Source: Candidatus Latescibacterota bacterium
GTDB taxonomy: Bacteria; Latescibacterota; UBA2968; GCA-2709665
Assembly: GCA_965237675.1 (NCBI GenBank)
Contig: OZ250150.1
Span: 4,288,001 to 4,352,000, forward strand
Length of the DNA: 64,000 nucleotides
Reading direction: 5' to 3'
A model generated the notes under the pieces. It saw only the letters and a program-made list of their open reading frames with translations. It ran no database searches and was not told where the DNA came from. Position 1 is the stretch's first letter. The number at the start of each line of letters is the position of its first letter. Shown here piece after piece: positions 39,794 through 49,792 of this stretch. The position numbers were made by a program, and so were the translations under genes.

Positions 39794-40933
39794 ATGAGTT
39801 TCCGATTTTTCTACATCGCCTGTCTCCTCTCGCTGTCCCTCTCCTGTTCCAAGTCCCAGGACCCGATCTCCAACGATACAATAAGAATCGGTTTCCTGGT
39901 CTCCGGCGATCGTTCCTCGTATGCAGATGCGGCCTCGTTGGCTGTAGACGAGATCAACACGAACGGTGGGCTGCTCGACAGAACAGTCGAACTGGTAACA
40001 CGAACCAATATTGTGGATGCCTCAGTAGCGGTCCAGGCCGCTCAACAGATGATCCAGAATGATAGGGTCTTCGCGATCCTCGGCCCCAACCGCTCAACCC
40101 ACGCGGTTCACGTGGGGCCGGTTGCTCAGCAGGCACAGATTCCTATGATAACGACCGGGGCCACTAACCCGAACGTGACGCGGGCGGGTCACTTCGTATT
40201 TATGGCAGCTTTTACTGATCAGTTCCAGGGCGCGGTTCTCGCCCGTTTTGCGTGGGAAGATTTGGGTAAGTCTGTAGCGGCGGTCCTGACCCTAGAGGGT
40301 GATGTATATACTGAAGGTATTTCAATGTTCTTTGTTTCCCATTTCACTGAGCTCGGCGGGACGGTCGTCGCAAACGAGGTTTTCTCTGCCGGCGATACCA
40401 CCTTTACAGAACAGCTTGGGCGGATCTCCGAGGCCGAACCGGATGTATTCTTTATTTCGGGCTTGGTCTCGGATATGACCCACGTGGTCCGGGAAACGAG
40501 AACTGCTCCCGTGCTGAACGCCCAGGGCACACCTGTAGTCCTCCTGGGCGCTGATGCTTGGGACAATCCGTTGTTTCTGGATGCGGTACTGGCCGATGTC
40601 GAAGGAAGTTTCTTTAGCGGACACTTCTCCGCGGAGTCAACCGAACCTGGCGCGAGGATGTTCGTAGAGGCGTACGTGGCCGCATACCAACGTACCCCCA
40701 GCGGTGGGGATGCAGTTAGTTATGACGCTGTATGGGTGCTCTCTGAGGCGGTAGAACGGGCGAGAAGTTTTGAGGGAGAGGTGGTCCGGAACCAGCTAAC
40801 GGCAACGCGAGATTACGGGGGGGCGACTCAGATCGCGCGGTATGATGAAAACCGACATCCGACCAAGAGTGCGGCGATATTGACTATTCGGGATGGGGAA
40901 AGAAGGTTCTTCAAGGAGGTTGGGGCGGAATGA
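39794..40933 (+). CDS. Branched-chain amino acid ABC substrate-binding lipoprotein (LivJ/K-like), orphan
   Basis: Lipobox LSLSC; LAVDEIN.NGGLL, ATNPNVT, FTDQFQG, YDAV. Confidence 0.85.
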   Translation: MSFRFFYIACLLSLSLSCSKSQDPISNDTIRIGFLVSGDRSSYADAASLAVDEINTNGGLLDRTVELVTRTNIVDASVAVQAAQQMIQNDRVFAILGPNRSTHAVHVGPVAQQAQIPMITTGATNPNVTRAGHFVFMAAFTDQFQGAVLARFAWEDLGKSVAAVLTLEGDVYTEGISMFFVSHFTELGGTVVANEVFSAGDTTFTEQLGRISEAEPDVFFISGLVSDMTHVVRETRTAPVLNAQGTPVVLLGADAWDNPLFLDAVLADVEGSFFSGHFSAESTEPGARMFVEAYVAAYQRTPSGGDAVSYDAVWVLSEAVERARSFEGEVVRNQLTATRDYGGATQIARYDENRHPTKSAAILTIRDGERRFFKEVGAE

Positions 40934-41447
40934 AGGTGTAGAGAGAGACCAGGACAAGGTGTTCGCGTAACACAACGAGGCCCTTGGGCTATTACTCGAT
41001 TATTTAAATTGCCCAGCGGCTCGCCGGCTACGTGCCATTCACGACTTTATCGCTGATACAATAGTAATTCGGACGAATACTGAAACGATCTTCGACTGGT
41101 CTGATTAAACCGATCCTGCAGTGGCCGCATATCGGCGATCATTAAAAGACAGCGAATCGATATCTCAGTTGGAAAAAAATTGGACCGTATCGAACTCAGG
41201 GACAACGACGTATGCGGGGACATTAGACTCGAAATCGACGACCACACGGAATGTATAGCGATGGAGCAATTCCGATCAGCGATATCGGTGGTTGGCAGCC
41301 GCGCTGTTGGATATACAGCCCCGTTTGCGGAGGATCAAAGGGTTCCGCTTTCTTCCCGCACTCAGACTTGCCCTACGCAAAGAACTGAAGCTCGATTTTG
41401 ACACCCAAGACGCTTTCGCCGCTGACTGAACGCCTCTGATATTTCAA

Positions 41448-41618
41448 CTAAAAATAGTACTTGCCCGAAATGAGCGCCTGGGGCGGATACTGTTTCAGTA
41501 ACTCAGTGGCCTTGTCTACATCCAGTCGCAATAAAATTGACAACAGTTCCTCGTTCCTTAACGCCTCCGCGCCCAGGGCTTCCAGCTTCTCCTGGGCTAG
41601 CATTGCCCGGTAAGACAT
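41448..41618 (-). pseudogene. radC: RadC (JAB-domain) N-terminal remnant
   Basis: EKLEALGAEALRNEELLSILLR matches RadC N-termini; JAB domain missing. Confidence 0.6.
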
Positions 41619-41620
41619 AA

Positions 41621-41680
41621 ATAATCCTCTCACAAAGGGTTAGGGGCTTGTAAGCCCTTTAACCTACGTAAGAGGATTAT
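41621..41680 (-). promoter_or_regulatory. Long hairpin covering the radC RBS
   Basis: ATAATCCTCT...AGAGGATTAT outer stem plus GGTTAGGGGCTT/AAGCCCTTTAACC inner stem. Confidence 0.5.
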
Positions 41681-41840
41681 CGGAATACAATCAAAACTTT
41701 GGGAAAAGCGATATAGATGGTGTTACGTCGTTAAGCGCGTTTTAAGCGCTCCTCGGGTCGCGCTCGGGTTTGTTTGGCGGTAAAGTTTAGTGTAGACCCT
41801 GCACGGGTGCCTGGCGATGTCTCAGGGTGCCTGGCGATAC

Positions 41841-42611
41841 TTAGTGCCGCCTAATATACTGAAGCGCCTGTTGTGCCTTCATACGGACAGGAAACGAACC
41901 ATCTTCATGTTGAGTAATATCTGTTAAACTCATAGCCGTCAGGAGTTCAACCACTGTCTTATCTCCAACATGTCTAAGGGCCTCTACTGCTTGGCCCTTA
42001 ACAAAGTAATAAGGTTCCTGCCCGATCACATGCAATAGCCCTTGCCGGATTAAGTATTGATTTACTTCATCTTGCAAAAAGGGCCAGTTATGCTCAAACA
42101 TCAGGTCAATTGTTTTTGCCGCCGCCCCTGGACGAAACTCAAGATCGTTACGATAAAGAGCCTTCAAGACTGGTTGAAATGCAGGTTTCCCAATCTGAGC
42201 CAGACTCTTTGGAATTGTTAATCCACCCATGCCAAGATATTCCATTAGAAAAGGGACAAATCGAACATCTGCCTGATAAGCGGCCATATCTGTCACAACC
42301 ATATATGCCTCGCCGCACCCACCTAACTTGGGTAGTTGTCGGTATTTTCCATTTATGTGATGTTTATTGATCATATCCAATAACAATACCTTTAATCGCT
42401 CCGGCCAGGGTTCGTGTGGTAAAACACGTAATTGATTGACAACTTTATGATAATTCTCAGGTGTGCTTTTGTAGTAATGATTTTCCCACAAACTGATTGT
42501 CAGTTCGTTAGGAAATGTTCGCTTTGGCCCGCGTGTACCGTCGGGTTGAAGATATCGATCCGCACCAGCACTACCAACTATGATACTGAGAAGAACAATT
42601 AAGGTTTTCAT
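41841..42611 (-). CDS. Exported HEAT-repeat-like protein (candidate immunity protein)
   Basis: Signal peptide MKTLIVLLSIIVGSAGA; SLAQIGKPA, ALRHVGD, VRMKAQQAL; GGAG RBS next to upstream stop. Confidence 0.7.
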   Translation of the reverse strand: MKTLIVLLSIIVGSAGADRYLQPDGTRGPKRTFPNELTISLWENHYYKSTPENYHKVVNQLRVLPHEPWPERLKVLLLDMINKHHINGKYRQLPKLGGCGEAYMVVTDMAAYQADVRFVPFLMEYLGMGGLTIPKSLAQIGKPAFQPVLKALYRNDLEFRPGAAAKTIDLMFEHNWPFLQDEVNQYLIRQGLLHVIGQEPYYFVKGQAVEALRHVGDKTVVELLTAMSLTDITQHEDGSFPVRMKAQQALQYIRRH

Positions 42612-42622
42612 AGACACGCTCC

Positions 42623-42969
42623 TTACCATTGAATATGACCTTTCGTGTAATCAGAACCAGAAAATCCGGCCGGTTTTGTGGGGTAACTCGGTAGTCCAGT
42701 GTACCAGTTGTTAGCATTGTCGTAAAGATAGGTGCTAAGTCCAACAGCTGTTGCGGCCTGGTACACTCTGTAGTTCTCCGCACTAGTAGGTTCATCAAAG
42801 TCAATTGCTCTGCCATAAATATGCAGGCTTTCGTCCTCATGATCATTATCAACAGGACAGGCGTACCCTGCTGTATAATAGGGCGTGCCATTGTACCTTG
42901 CATCCACGCTTCTGGCATTTGTGTTAATCGTATTTAGAATACGATGAGTATGATGATTTCCATAATCAA
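42623..42969 (-). pseudogene. C-terminal peptidase M15 (Zn D-Ala-D-Ala carboxypeptidase-like) domain truncated by IS256
   Basis: TAGYACP.DN...SLHIYGRAIDF...GHIQW matches SxHxxGxAxD...H. Confidence 0.7.
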
Positions 42970-44356
42970 GAGATATTGTCAAATGTTGTGGATGGCGGCG
43001 AGCGCATCCTGATGGATTAGGCGGCGGCTTTGACGTCTCCATCCTGAAATTCAACGCCCTGGACGACGAGTTCAATGAGTTTGTGACTGTGTAACCGCTG
43101 CCAGTGTTTTTGGGCTTGGGTGGCCAGTTTGTAGACCATCATCATGGTGGCATTTCTAGAGCCGCATCCTTTGGTTTGGCGTGTGCGGTGGCGGACGGTG
43201 CTGAAGGTGGATTCAATGGGATTGGTGGTACGGAGGTGTCGCCAGTGGGGGGCTGGGAAATCGTAAAAGGTGAACAGCACGTCCTTGTCTTTTTCCAGGC
43301 AGGAGCAGGCCTTGGGGTATCTGGCTTCATACAGGGACAAGAAGTCCTCGTAGGCGCCCAGGGCATCCTCCCTGGTGGGTGACAGATACATCTGGTGGAG
43401 GCGCGCTTTGGCCTGTGCCTGGACGGTTTTGGGGAGGTTATCCAGCACGTTGGCACTCTTATGCACCCAGCAGCGCTGATGTCGTGTTTGAGGGAAGACT
43501 TCCTCCAGCGCTGCCCAGAACCCCAGACCGCCATCGCCAATGGCCAGGGCAGGCGCTTCTTTCAACCCTCTTCTTTTCAGGTCCGTCAGCACACCTTCCC
43601 ACGACAGCTTGCTTTCTCGGTGTCCATCTTCGATGGCCAGCAGTTCCTTACGGCCGTCCTTCGTGGCACCGATGATCACTAAGATACAGGGCCGGTCCGG
43701 TTCCAGCCGCACCTGGAAATAGATGCCATCGGCCCACACATACACGTAGTGCTTATCTGAGAGATCCCGATGTTTCCACTCTCGATATTCTTCATCCCAG
43801 ATCTGTTTGAGCCGAACAATGTTGGCTGGCGACAGGCCGACGGCATGCTCACCCAAAATCTCAGAAAGCGCCTCTGGGAAGGACGACGTGGAGACCCCCT
43901 TGAGATACAGCGCCGGAATCAACGCATCGATCGACGGTGCCCGACGCATATATCGCGGTAAAATGGCAGAACCGAACGTCTTGCCCTCACGCCTGTCGTG
44001 CACACGCGGCTGACGGATCTCAAGGTGTCCTACGCCCGTGATCAGTTCCCGCGGCTTGTGAGAACCATTCCTGACCACTTGCCGGTGACCACGTTCATCT
44101 TTCTCGTCTTGCAAGTTCTCGACATAGGCTTCCACTTCAAACTCCAACACGGCTTGCAGCATCCGCTTGGCCCCAACACGAATCAGGCCTTCCAGGCTCA
44201 ACGTCACTTCATCTTTGACTATCGTCTCAACTTCGGAGGCTGTATATTGTCTCATCGAGCGTATCCTTTCTCCCTCGTCTGAGGGATCTCGGGTTTGTTG
44301 TGAAACTATAGGATACGCTCTTTTTTTGCCTCATCCACAACTTTTGAATATACCTC
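42970..44356 (-). mobile_element. IS256-family insertion sequence
   Basis: IRs GAGATATTGTCAAATGTTGTGGATG / CATCCACAACTTTTGAATATACCTC; no matching target duplication. Confidence 0.93.
43017..44255 (-). CDS. IS256 transposase
   Basis: VRNG, LYLKGVST, WADGIY, IGDGGLGFW, QRCWVHK, RTTNPIES. Confidence 0.96.
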   Translation of the reverse strand: MRQYTASEVETIVKDEVTLSLEGLIRVGAKRMLQAVLEFEVEAYVENLQDEKDERGHRQVVRNGSHKPRELITGVGHLEIRQPRVHDRREGKTFGSAILPRYMRRAPSIDALIPALYLKGVSTSSFPEALSEILGEHAVGLSPANIVRLKQIWDEEYREWKHRDLSDKHYVYVWADGIYFQVRLEPDRPCILVIIGATKDGRKELLAIEDGHRESKLSWEGVLTDLKRRGLKEAPALAIGDGGLGFWAALEEVFPQTRHQRCWVHKSANVLDNLPKTVQAQAKARLHQMYLSPTREDALGAYEDFLSLYEARYPKACSCLEKDKDVLFTFYDFPAPHWRHLRTTNPIESTFSTVRHRTRQTKGCGSRNATMMMVYKLATQAQKHWQRLHSHKLIELVVQGVEFQDGDVKAAA

Positions 44357-44785
44357 ATGGGGTCCACTTCCGGGACTCAATGTAAATAAGGGAATTTGGT
44401 ATGAGATTAATTGGAATAATGATTGCGGTCTTTCTACTAACAGTTCAGGTGATCGAGGCCAATTCAAAAATGTCCCAATTTCAATTGTATACGAAATGTC
44501 GGGGAGTACATCTCACGATTGAAGGTTTACCCGAACGTGCAGACCAAATAAACTTGACCTGGAAACAGGTATTGCAAACCGTAAAAGGAAGATTAAAAGC
44601 GGCTCGACTATATGTGCCCCGGAGTCCCGTCATTGGCGCGAATGAAGATATACACCCGGTCTTGTATGTGCATATCAATATATCCAGGACCGCTTTCAGT
44701 CTCGGAATTGAACTACGGAAGGTTGTCTCAGATGATTACTCGGGAGAGTCTGAATACGCAACGACCTGGCGGATAGGTATTCTAG

Positions 44786-46484
44786 CCTGACCTATTCATG
44801 AATCGTCACGGAATGCAGTATGAGGAAGCAGAAACAGCATCCGAGTGAAACGAGAACCGGAAGAAGAACGTAGCTGTGACGGATATGGCGTGTCAAAGCC
44901 GTTTGGGAGGCAGGTGCTGGCAGCCCCGTAGCGCCCAGGTGTCAACTTGACGTTCATGTCCGGATCCAAAGCACAAACGTGTGTATGGCCTTTGGTGGTG
45001 GCGATCAAAATGTGAAGGCGCGGTCAGCTCGACGATGCGTTATGGAACACACGTTGCCAGGTTGTAGAGGATCTTGCGATAAAGGTGTTTGAGTGGAAAC
45101 GCCGTTGGCAGATGGAACCTGATTTTTGTTTTCAACTCACAAACGCGCCCGGCGACTTTCAAGAGACGGTTTTGCAGGGTATTGAACTGTGCGTTCGTCC
45201 ACTTCGTGCCGCGCAACCCGGTTTGTGCCAAGGCGTGCATCAGGACATAGGCGGCGCTGTGGAGAAAGAGACGGAAGTGATTGGCCTGGAAGGTGTGACA
45301 AGAGGTGCGATCGGAATGGAGAAAGGTCTTGTGATTCTTGATGAAGTTTTCCATCCTGCCGCGTGCGCAATAGGCGGTTTTGTAGATGAATGACGGTTGG
45401 GCGCGCTTTAGGTTGGTGACCACGAATCGGATATTGTCTCCTTGCGGGGTGACTTCCGCCTTGCAGATGATGCGTTGTGGACAAGCCCATGTTTTCGCCT
45501 GATAGTCCCAGCAGTGATAAAGGCGCGTGGTTGTTCCGGAATCGGCATACAGCGCTTTGGCCTGGTCCATCAAGGACTGTGCCGAGCGCAGCAGTTTGGC
45601 GTTGCCGTTTTGTCCGAGGACAAAATACACATTCTGGTCTTCACACAACGCGTGCACTTCCGGACACGAAAAATGAGCATCGCCGCGCAACAGGATCGCC
45701 ACGTCGGGCCAGGCGCGGCGCAGGTAGGCGATCACCCGTTTGAGGATGGTGACGATCTCTTTACCCGTGGGCCGCCTGCCAGGACGCAAGACCGTCGTGA
45801 TCAACTTGCCCGTCTGGCCTTCATAGATATGCAGGGGCTGGTAGCAATAGCCATTGAAATACGCATTGAACAACGACAACTGTTGAGACCCATACACCTT
45901 GTCTTCCGTGTCATCGATATCCAACAGAATGGCTTCGGGCGGTTCCTCATACGAGGCGACAAACACATCCGCAAAGGCCTTGGCGATCCGATACAAATCG
46001 GTTCTGCTGATCCGGTTCTCGAACCGACTCATCGTGGGTTGACTGGCCAGATCCGCACCGGAAAGCGGCAACCGATCACAGGCCGCCTTGAAGCCGGGAT
46101 CCTCGCGCAACGTATTGCAATCGTTCGCGTCCTCATAGCCACAGGCCATCTGAAACACACGTTGTTTGACCAGATCCATCATCTGATGATGTACGTAACT
46201 TTGATGTCGACGATCCGTGAGCGCCGCAACCATCCTATGCAAAATCCCGGTTCTGGCCTCCACCTCACGAAGCAGCAGCACCCCGCTGTCGCTGGTCAGG
46301 ATGCCTCCGTCGAAGGTGGCTTCTACCGGCTTACCAGAAAGACTTGCGAAAGACACCCTGTGATGTGTATCTTGAACTCCCACGGTAGTTTCCTCCTGTT
46401 TCATTGTGTTATGGTTATTTGCGTAACCACAATATAATACAATGACTTGGGTAAGGAAACTACCTTTTTTGTGAATTATTCAGG
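44786..46484 (-). mobile_element. IS1380-family insertion sequence, copy 2
   Basis: Ends CCTGACCTATTCATGAA / TTGTGAATTATTCAGG; exact CTAG target duplication. Confidence 0.94.
45040..46404 (-). CDS. IS1380 transposase
   Basis: Same motifs as copy 1; clearly diverged isoform. Confidence 0.95.
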   Translation of the reverse strand: MKQEETTVGVQDTHHRVSFASLSGKPVEATFDGGILTSDSGVLLLREVEARTGILHRMVAALTDRRHQSYVHHQMMDLVKQRVFQMACGYEDANDCNTLREDPGFKAACDRLPLSGADLASQPTMSRFENRISRTDLYRIAKAFADVFVASYEEPPEAILLDIDDTEDKVYGSQQLSLFNAYFNGYCYQPLHIYEGQTGKLITTVLRPGRRPTGKEIVTILKRVIAYLRRAWPDVAILLRGDAHFSCPEVHALCEDQNVYFVLGQNGNAKLLRSAQSLMDQAKALYADSGTTTRLYHCWDYQAKTWACPQRIICKAEVTPQGDNIRFVVTNLKRAQPSFIYKTAYCARGRMENFIKNHKTFLHSDRTSCHTFQANHFRLFLHSAAYVLMHALAQTGLRGTKWTNAQFNTLQNRLLKVAGRVCELKTKIRFHLPTAFPLKHLYRKILYNLATCVP

Positions 46485-46823
46485 CTAGGAATACACGGAC
46501 ACCGAAATCAGTTCATCTTACGTATGGTTGACAAGTACACGGATATATTCATTAAAGAGTGGACCAAGGTCAATAAGCCAGGATGTCATGAAGAAAAGGC
46601 AGCCTCACCTGAACAGGGGCCGACAAAACCACCTGTACGGATTCGATAAGTCAATAAGCCGGCGACACGACCGCTTTCTCAGTTTGATCCACTTGACAAA
46701 CGAGAATAGGAACTTTCACTACCATTCACCACCACAAAAAAAGCACGCTTAAGACTACCTCCCGATGATTTCGGAATTTGGTTGACGTCCTCGAAGTTTG
46801 CCTGAAATCTTATGTACGCTAAC

Positions 46824-47885
46824 TCAACTCTCCACCTCCTCCGCAAGATCCACCCCAAACTCCACCCCGATTTCGCAGACCATTTCCCAGGTCGTCTCGT
46901 CCACCTCGATGCCCTCCGTGGCGCGGCGCTCCGCGGTCCTGAACTCCGGCTCTCCCGGTGCGAGGATTTCCTCGAATCCCGGTGCCAGCCGGCTGGATTT
47001 CACGTGACCCATCAATCCTTCCACCTCGTCGTAGAACGTCTCCAGATCCGTGAAGTGTTCGATGTCGTAGGCATTGATCAACACGCCATTGCTAATCATC
47101 TCCCGGTCGCCCGCCGCGCACCCCTGACCGCTCAGCGCCCCGCCCAACAACTCGACCATGATGCTCAACCCGTATCCCTTGTGACCCGCTGCTCCGCCCA
47201 ACGGCAAAATGGCGCCAGGTGGATCGTCCTTGAAATCGTCCGGATCCGTGGTGGGCTGACCCTTCGCGTCGATGAGCCACCCTTCCGGAACCTGCACGCC
47301 CTGGTTGATCGCCAACCGGATCTTGCCTTCGGCAACGACGGACGTCGTCATATCCACAAGAATCGGATCGTGGTCACGGCGCGGCGCCGCAAACGCGATC
47401 GGATTCGTACTCAACCTGCCGTCAATTCCCCCAAATGGCGCAATCTGATATCCCAACCGGCCGGCATTCACGAAAATCTGCCCGATCATCCCCGCCCTGG
47501 CAACCATTAACGGATACGCGCCCGCCCGTCCAATATGGCTCGTATTGCGCAGTACCACGGTAGCAATGCCGCTCCGGCGGGCTTTCTCCATCGCCAGCCG
47601 GGTGGCAAACGTCGCCCCAACCTGGCCCATCGCGCCGCCGCCGTCCACGACCGCTGTACACGCGCGTTCGTTCACCACCTCGGGAGACGCATTCGGGTTG
47701 AACCGGCCGTCCTGCACCGCCTTCGCGTACTCGTAAAAACGGATGGCGCCGTGGGAATCGTGCCCGTACAGATTGGAATCCACCAGATGGTCCACCACCG
47801 TCCGCGCGTCCTCGTCGCGGCATCCTGCCGCCCGGAACAGCGTATACCCCACCTCTCGCAACACATCGGGCTTGAACCTTGGCAC
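46824..47885 (-). CDS. Ldh_2 family (malate/L-sulfolactate dehydrogenase-like) oxidoreductase
   Basis: GHDSHG, SHIGRAG, STNPIAF, DMTTS, GHKGYGL; RBS AAGGAG before GTG. Confidence 0.9.
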   Translation of the reverse strand: MPRFKPDVLREVGYTLFRAAGCRDEDARTVVDHLVDSNLYGHDSHGAIRFYEYAKAVQDGRFNPNASPEVVNERACTAVVDGGGAMGQVGATFATRLAMEKARRSGIATVVLRNTSHIGRAGAYPLMVARAGMIGQIFVNAGRLGYQIAPFGGIDGRLSTNPIAFAAPRRDHDPILVDMTTSVVAEGKIRLAINQGVQVPEGWLIDAKGQPTTDPDDFKDDPPGAILPLGGAAGHKGYGLSIMVELLGGALSGQGCAAGDREMISNGVLINAYDIEHFTDLETFYDEVEGLMGHVKSSRLAPGFEEILAPGEPEFRTAERRATEGIEVDETTWEMVCEIGVEFGVDLAEEVES

Positions 47886-48153
47886 GTTAACTCCTTCCGG
47901 CAAAAAGTATAAGGCCGCGCCCGGCATCAGCGCCGAGCCCGGCTCGCACGAGATAATTTACCCGCCTTCTGTGTTTCAGCGATACAGCCGAACGATAATC
48001 CTTTTCCCGGCCAGGATCAAGCACAAAGCGACTGTATCGTCGCGACTGCGGAAAGCCATCCGGCAGATGCCTGGCGTATCACCCCATGCCACACTCGCGC
48101 TCGGATCACACGGCCAGCTGATGACACAGGTACGGGCTTCTGCAACGTCCTAA

Positions 48154-48171
48154 CCTGATTAATTCATGCAA
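48154..48171. mobile_element. Isolated IS1380-like end
   Basis: CTAA|CCTGATTAATTCATG matches CTAA|CCTGATCAATTCATG at 37929-37947. Confidence 0.5.
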
Positions 48172-48260
48172 TTGCCACGTTTAGCTGCTTTATTCGCGAA
48201 TCAATCATCCCCGGCCCCCACATTATGGCTTGTCAAGCCGTTGAGGATGCGGGTGTGAAG

Positions 48261-48567
48261 GTGGGGCAGACATTCCTGTCTGCCCTTCTCGTGTTTACGC
48301 AACGCTTCGTTCGACTCCCCCTCTCCTCGCAGGAGAGGGGGCCGGGGGGAGAGGTCCTTCTGCCGCAATGCACACACAAGAATGGCTTGCGCCGCCTATA
48401 TAGTGTAGGGGCGACCGGCCCGGTCGCCCCTACACGTGGTCACGCATTCAGGCTTTTGTGGGATCTTCCCACTCGGTGTCAGTCCACGGTTCGGGGTGGC
48501 GTACCCGGACACAGGATTCTGAGATTTCGGCTTGATGTATGTGAGCAGACAAGAATGTCTGCTCCAC
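48261..48567. repeat. Cluster of REP-like palindromes (three families)
   Basis: GTGGGGCAGACATTCCTGTCTGCCC (48261) and inverted GAGCAGACAAGAATGTCTGCTCCAC (48543); CCCCCTCTCC..GGAGAGGGGG (48317); 33-bp palindrome at 48403. Confidence 0.8.
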
Positions 48568-48667
48568 CTTTTAAAGCTTTTATTCGACGTATCGCTTGAG
48601 CGCACCAACCATCCGAGACAAGACGTCTGTACTTACTTCCACTTCCCGCAACAGCATGTTGTCACTG

Positions 48668-49690
48668 TCACCTGTCTTCGTGCGAATGTGCATTGTACGT
48701 CTGTATCCTGTATTGTGCCGCGGTCATTTGGTGTTCCGACATGCGAAGCTGAAAATACTGTCGGCCGATGCCGCTTTTTTTGGCTGCTCGAGACACGTTT
48801 CCACCCGTCTCAACCAGCGCCCGGTGCAGATACTCTTGTGTGAACCGGTCCATGCAGATCCTTCGGGCGTCTTTGTACGGCAGACTGTAAATGCCACGGT
48901 CCGATCTTATCTCCGCGTCTTTAACCTCGGAGGGCAGGTCATCCGGCGTGATGACGTCTCGCTCCGTAAGCGCCAGCGCGCCAGCGATGGTGTGAGCGAG
49001 TTCTCTGATATTGCCGGGCCAGTCATAGCCCTCCAGCAAGGCGCCGGTTTCGGGAGCTATCCTGCAAGCCGTTTTTCCGAGGTCACTGAACTGATCCAGA
49101 AAGTGGTCGACCAGGAGCGGAATATCGCTTCGACGTTCCCTTAGCGCGGGCAGATGCAGATGAATGACCCGGAGACGGTAATATAGATCGCGACGAAACC
49201 GCCCCGCTTCAACACCCTGCTTCAAGTCACTATTCGTTGCCGCGACCACCCGGATACCCGCTCGTTTCCATCGGTGATCTCCAACCGTCCGGTATTCGCC
49301 CTCCTGTATCAGGCGCAGCAACTGCCGCTGCAGTGCCTCATCGAGTTCACCCACTTCATCGAAAAAGAGCGTTCCGCCTCTCGCAACCCCCACCAACCCA
49401 GGACGGGACTCCGTGGCGCCCGTGAATGCCCCCCTGACATGCCCGAACAGTTCGCTCCGACCCATTTCCTTGGCCAACATCCCACAGTCCACAACCACGA
49501 ATGGCGCGTCCGCCCGGGGGCTCCGATCATGGATTTCACAGGCGAGGAGTTCCTTCCCGGTTCCTGACTCTCCCGTGACCAGAACAGGTAATTCGCTCTC
49601 CCCGGCGCGGCCGGCGAGTTTTCGCACCGCGCCGAAGGCGGGATGGACGCCCACCATCGGGACGTTTCTGCAACCGGACTTCTCAGGCAT
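48668..49690 (-). CDS. Sigma54-dependent activator without sensory domain (AAA+ + Fis HTH)
   Basis: [51 protein letters not shown]. Confidence 0.9.
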   Translation of the reverse strand: MPEKSGCRNVPMVGVHPAFGAVRKLAGRAGESELPVLVTGESGTGKELLACEIHDRSPRADAPFVVVDCGMLAKEMGRSELFGHVRGAFTGATESRPGLVGVARGGTLFFDEVGELDEALQRQLLRLIQEGEYRTVGDHRWKRAGIRVVAATNSDLKQGVEAGRFRRDLYYRLRVIHLHLPALRERRSDIPLLVDHFLDQFSDLGKTACRIAPETGALLEGYDWPGNIRELAHTIAGALALTERDVITPDDLPSEVKDAEIRSDRGIYSLPYKDARRICMDRFTQEYLHRALVETGGNVSRAAKKSGIGRQYFQLRMSEHQMTAAQYRIQTYNAHSHEDR

Positions 49691-49792
49691 GTTTCGGTAC
49701 CGGAACCGCCCGACCGGGAGCGGCGGGGGGATATCGTCTTAAATTGCGGTACGCCGCCAAATGGCGCACACGAATTCCAATGAATCCGTCGC

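Larger units (their letters stand above)
44401..46649 (+). pseudogene. Exported hypothetical protein gene split by IS1380
   Basis: Removing the IS and one CTAG rejoins ATTWRIGIL|GIHGHRNQFILRMVDKYTDIFIKEWTKVN..RIR*. Confidence 0.8.

Noticed and set aside
41805-41838. GGGTGCCTGGCGAT direct repeat (x2)
   Set aside because: Only two copies 6 bp apart; not a CRISPR and no att context.
42970-43075. N-terminus of the 42623-43075 ORF
   Set aside because: Derived from the IS256 end; the same ARRHPQHLTIS appears in the 10006 ORF.
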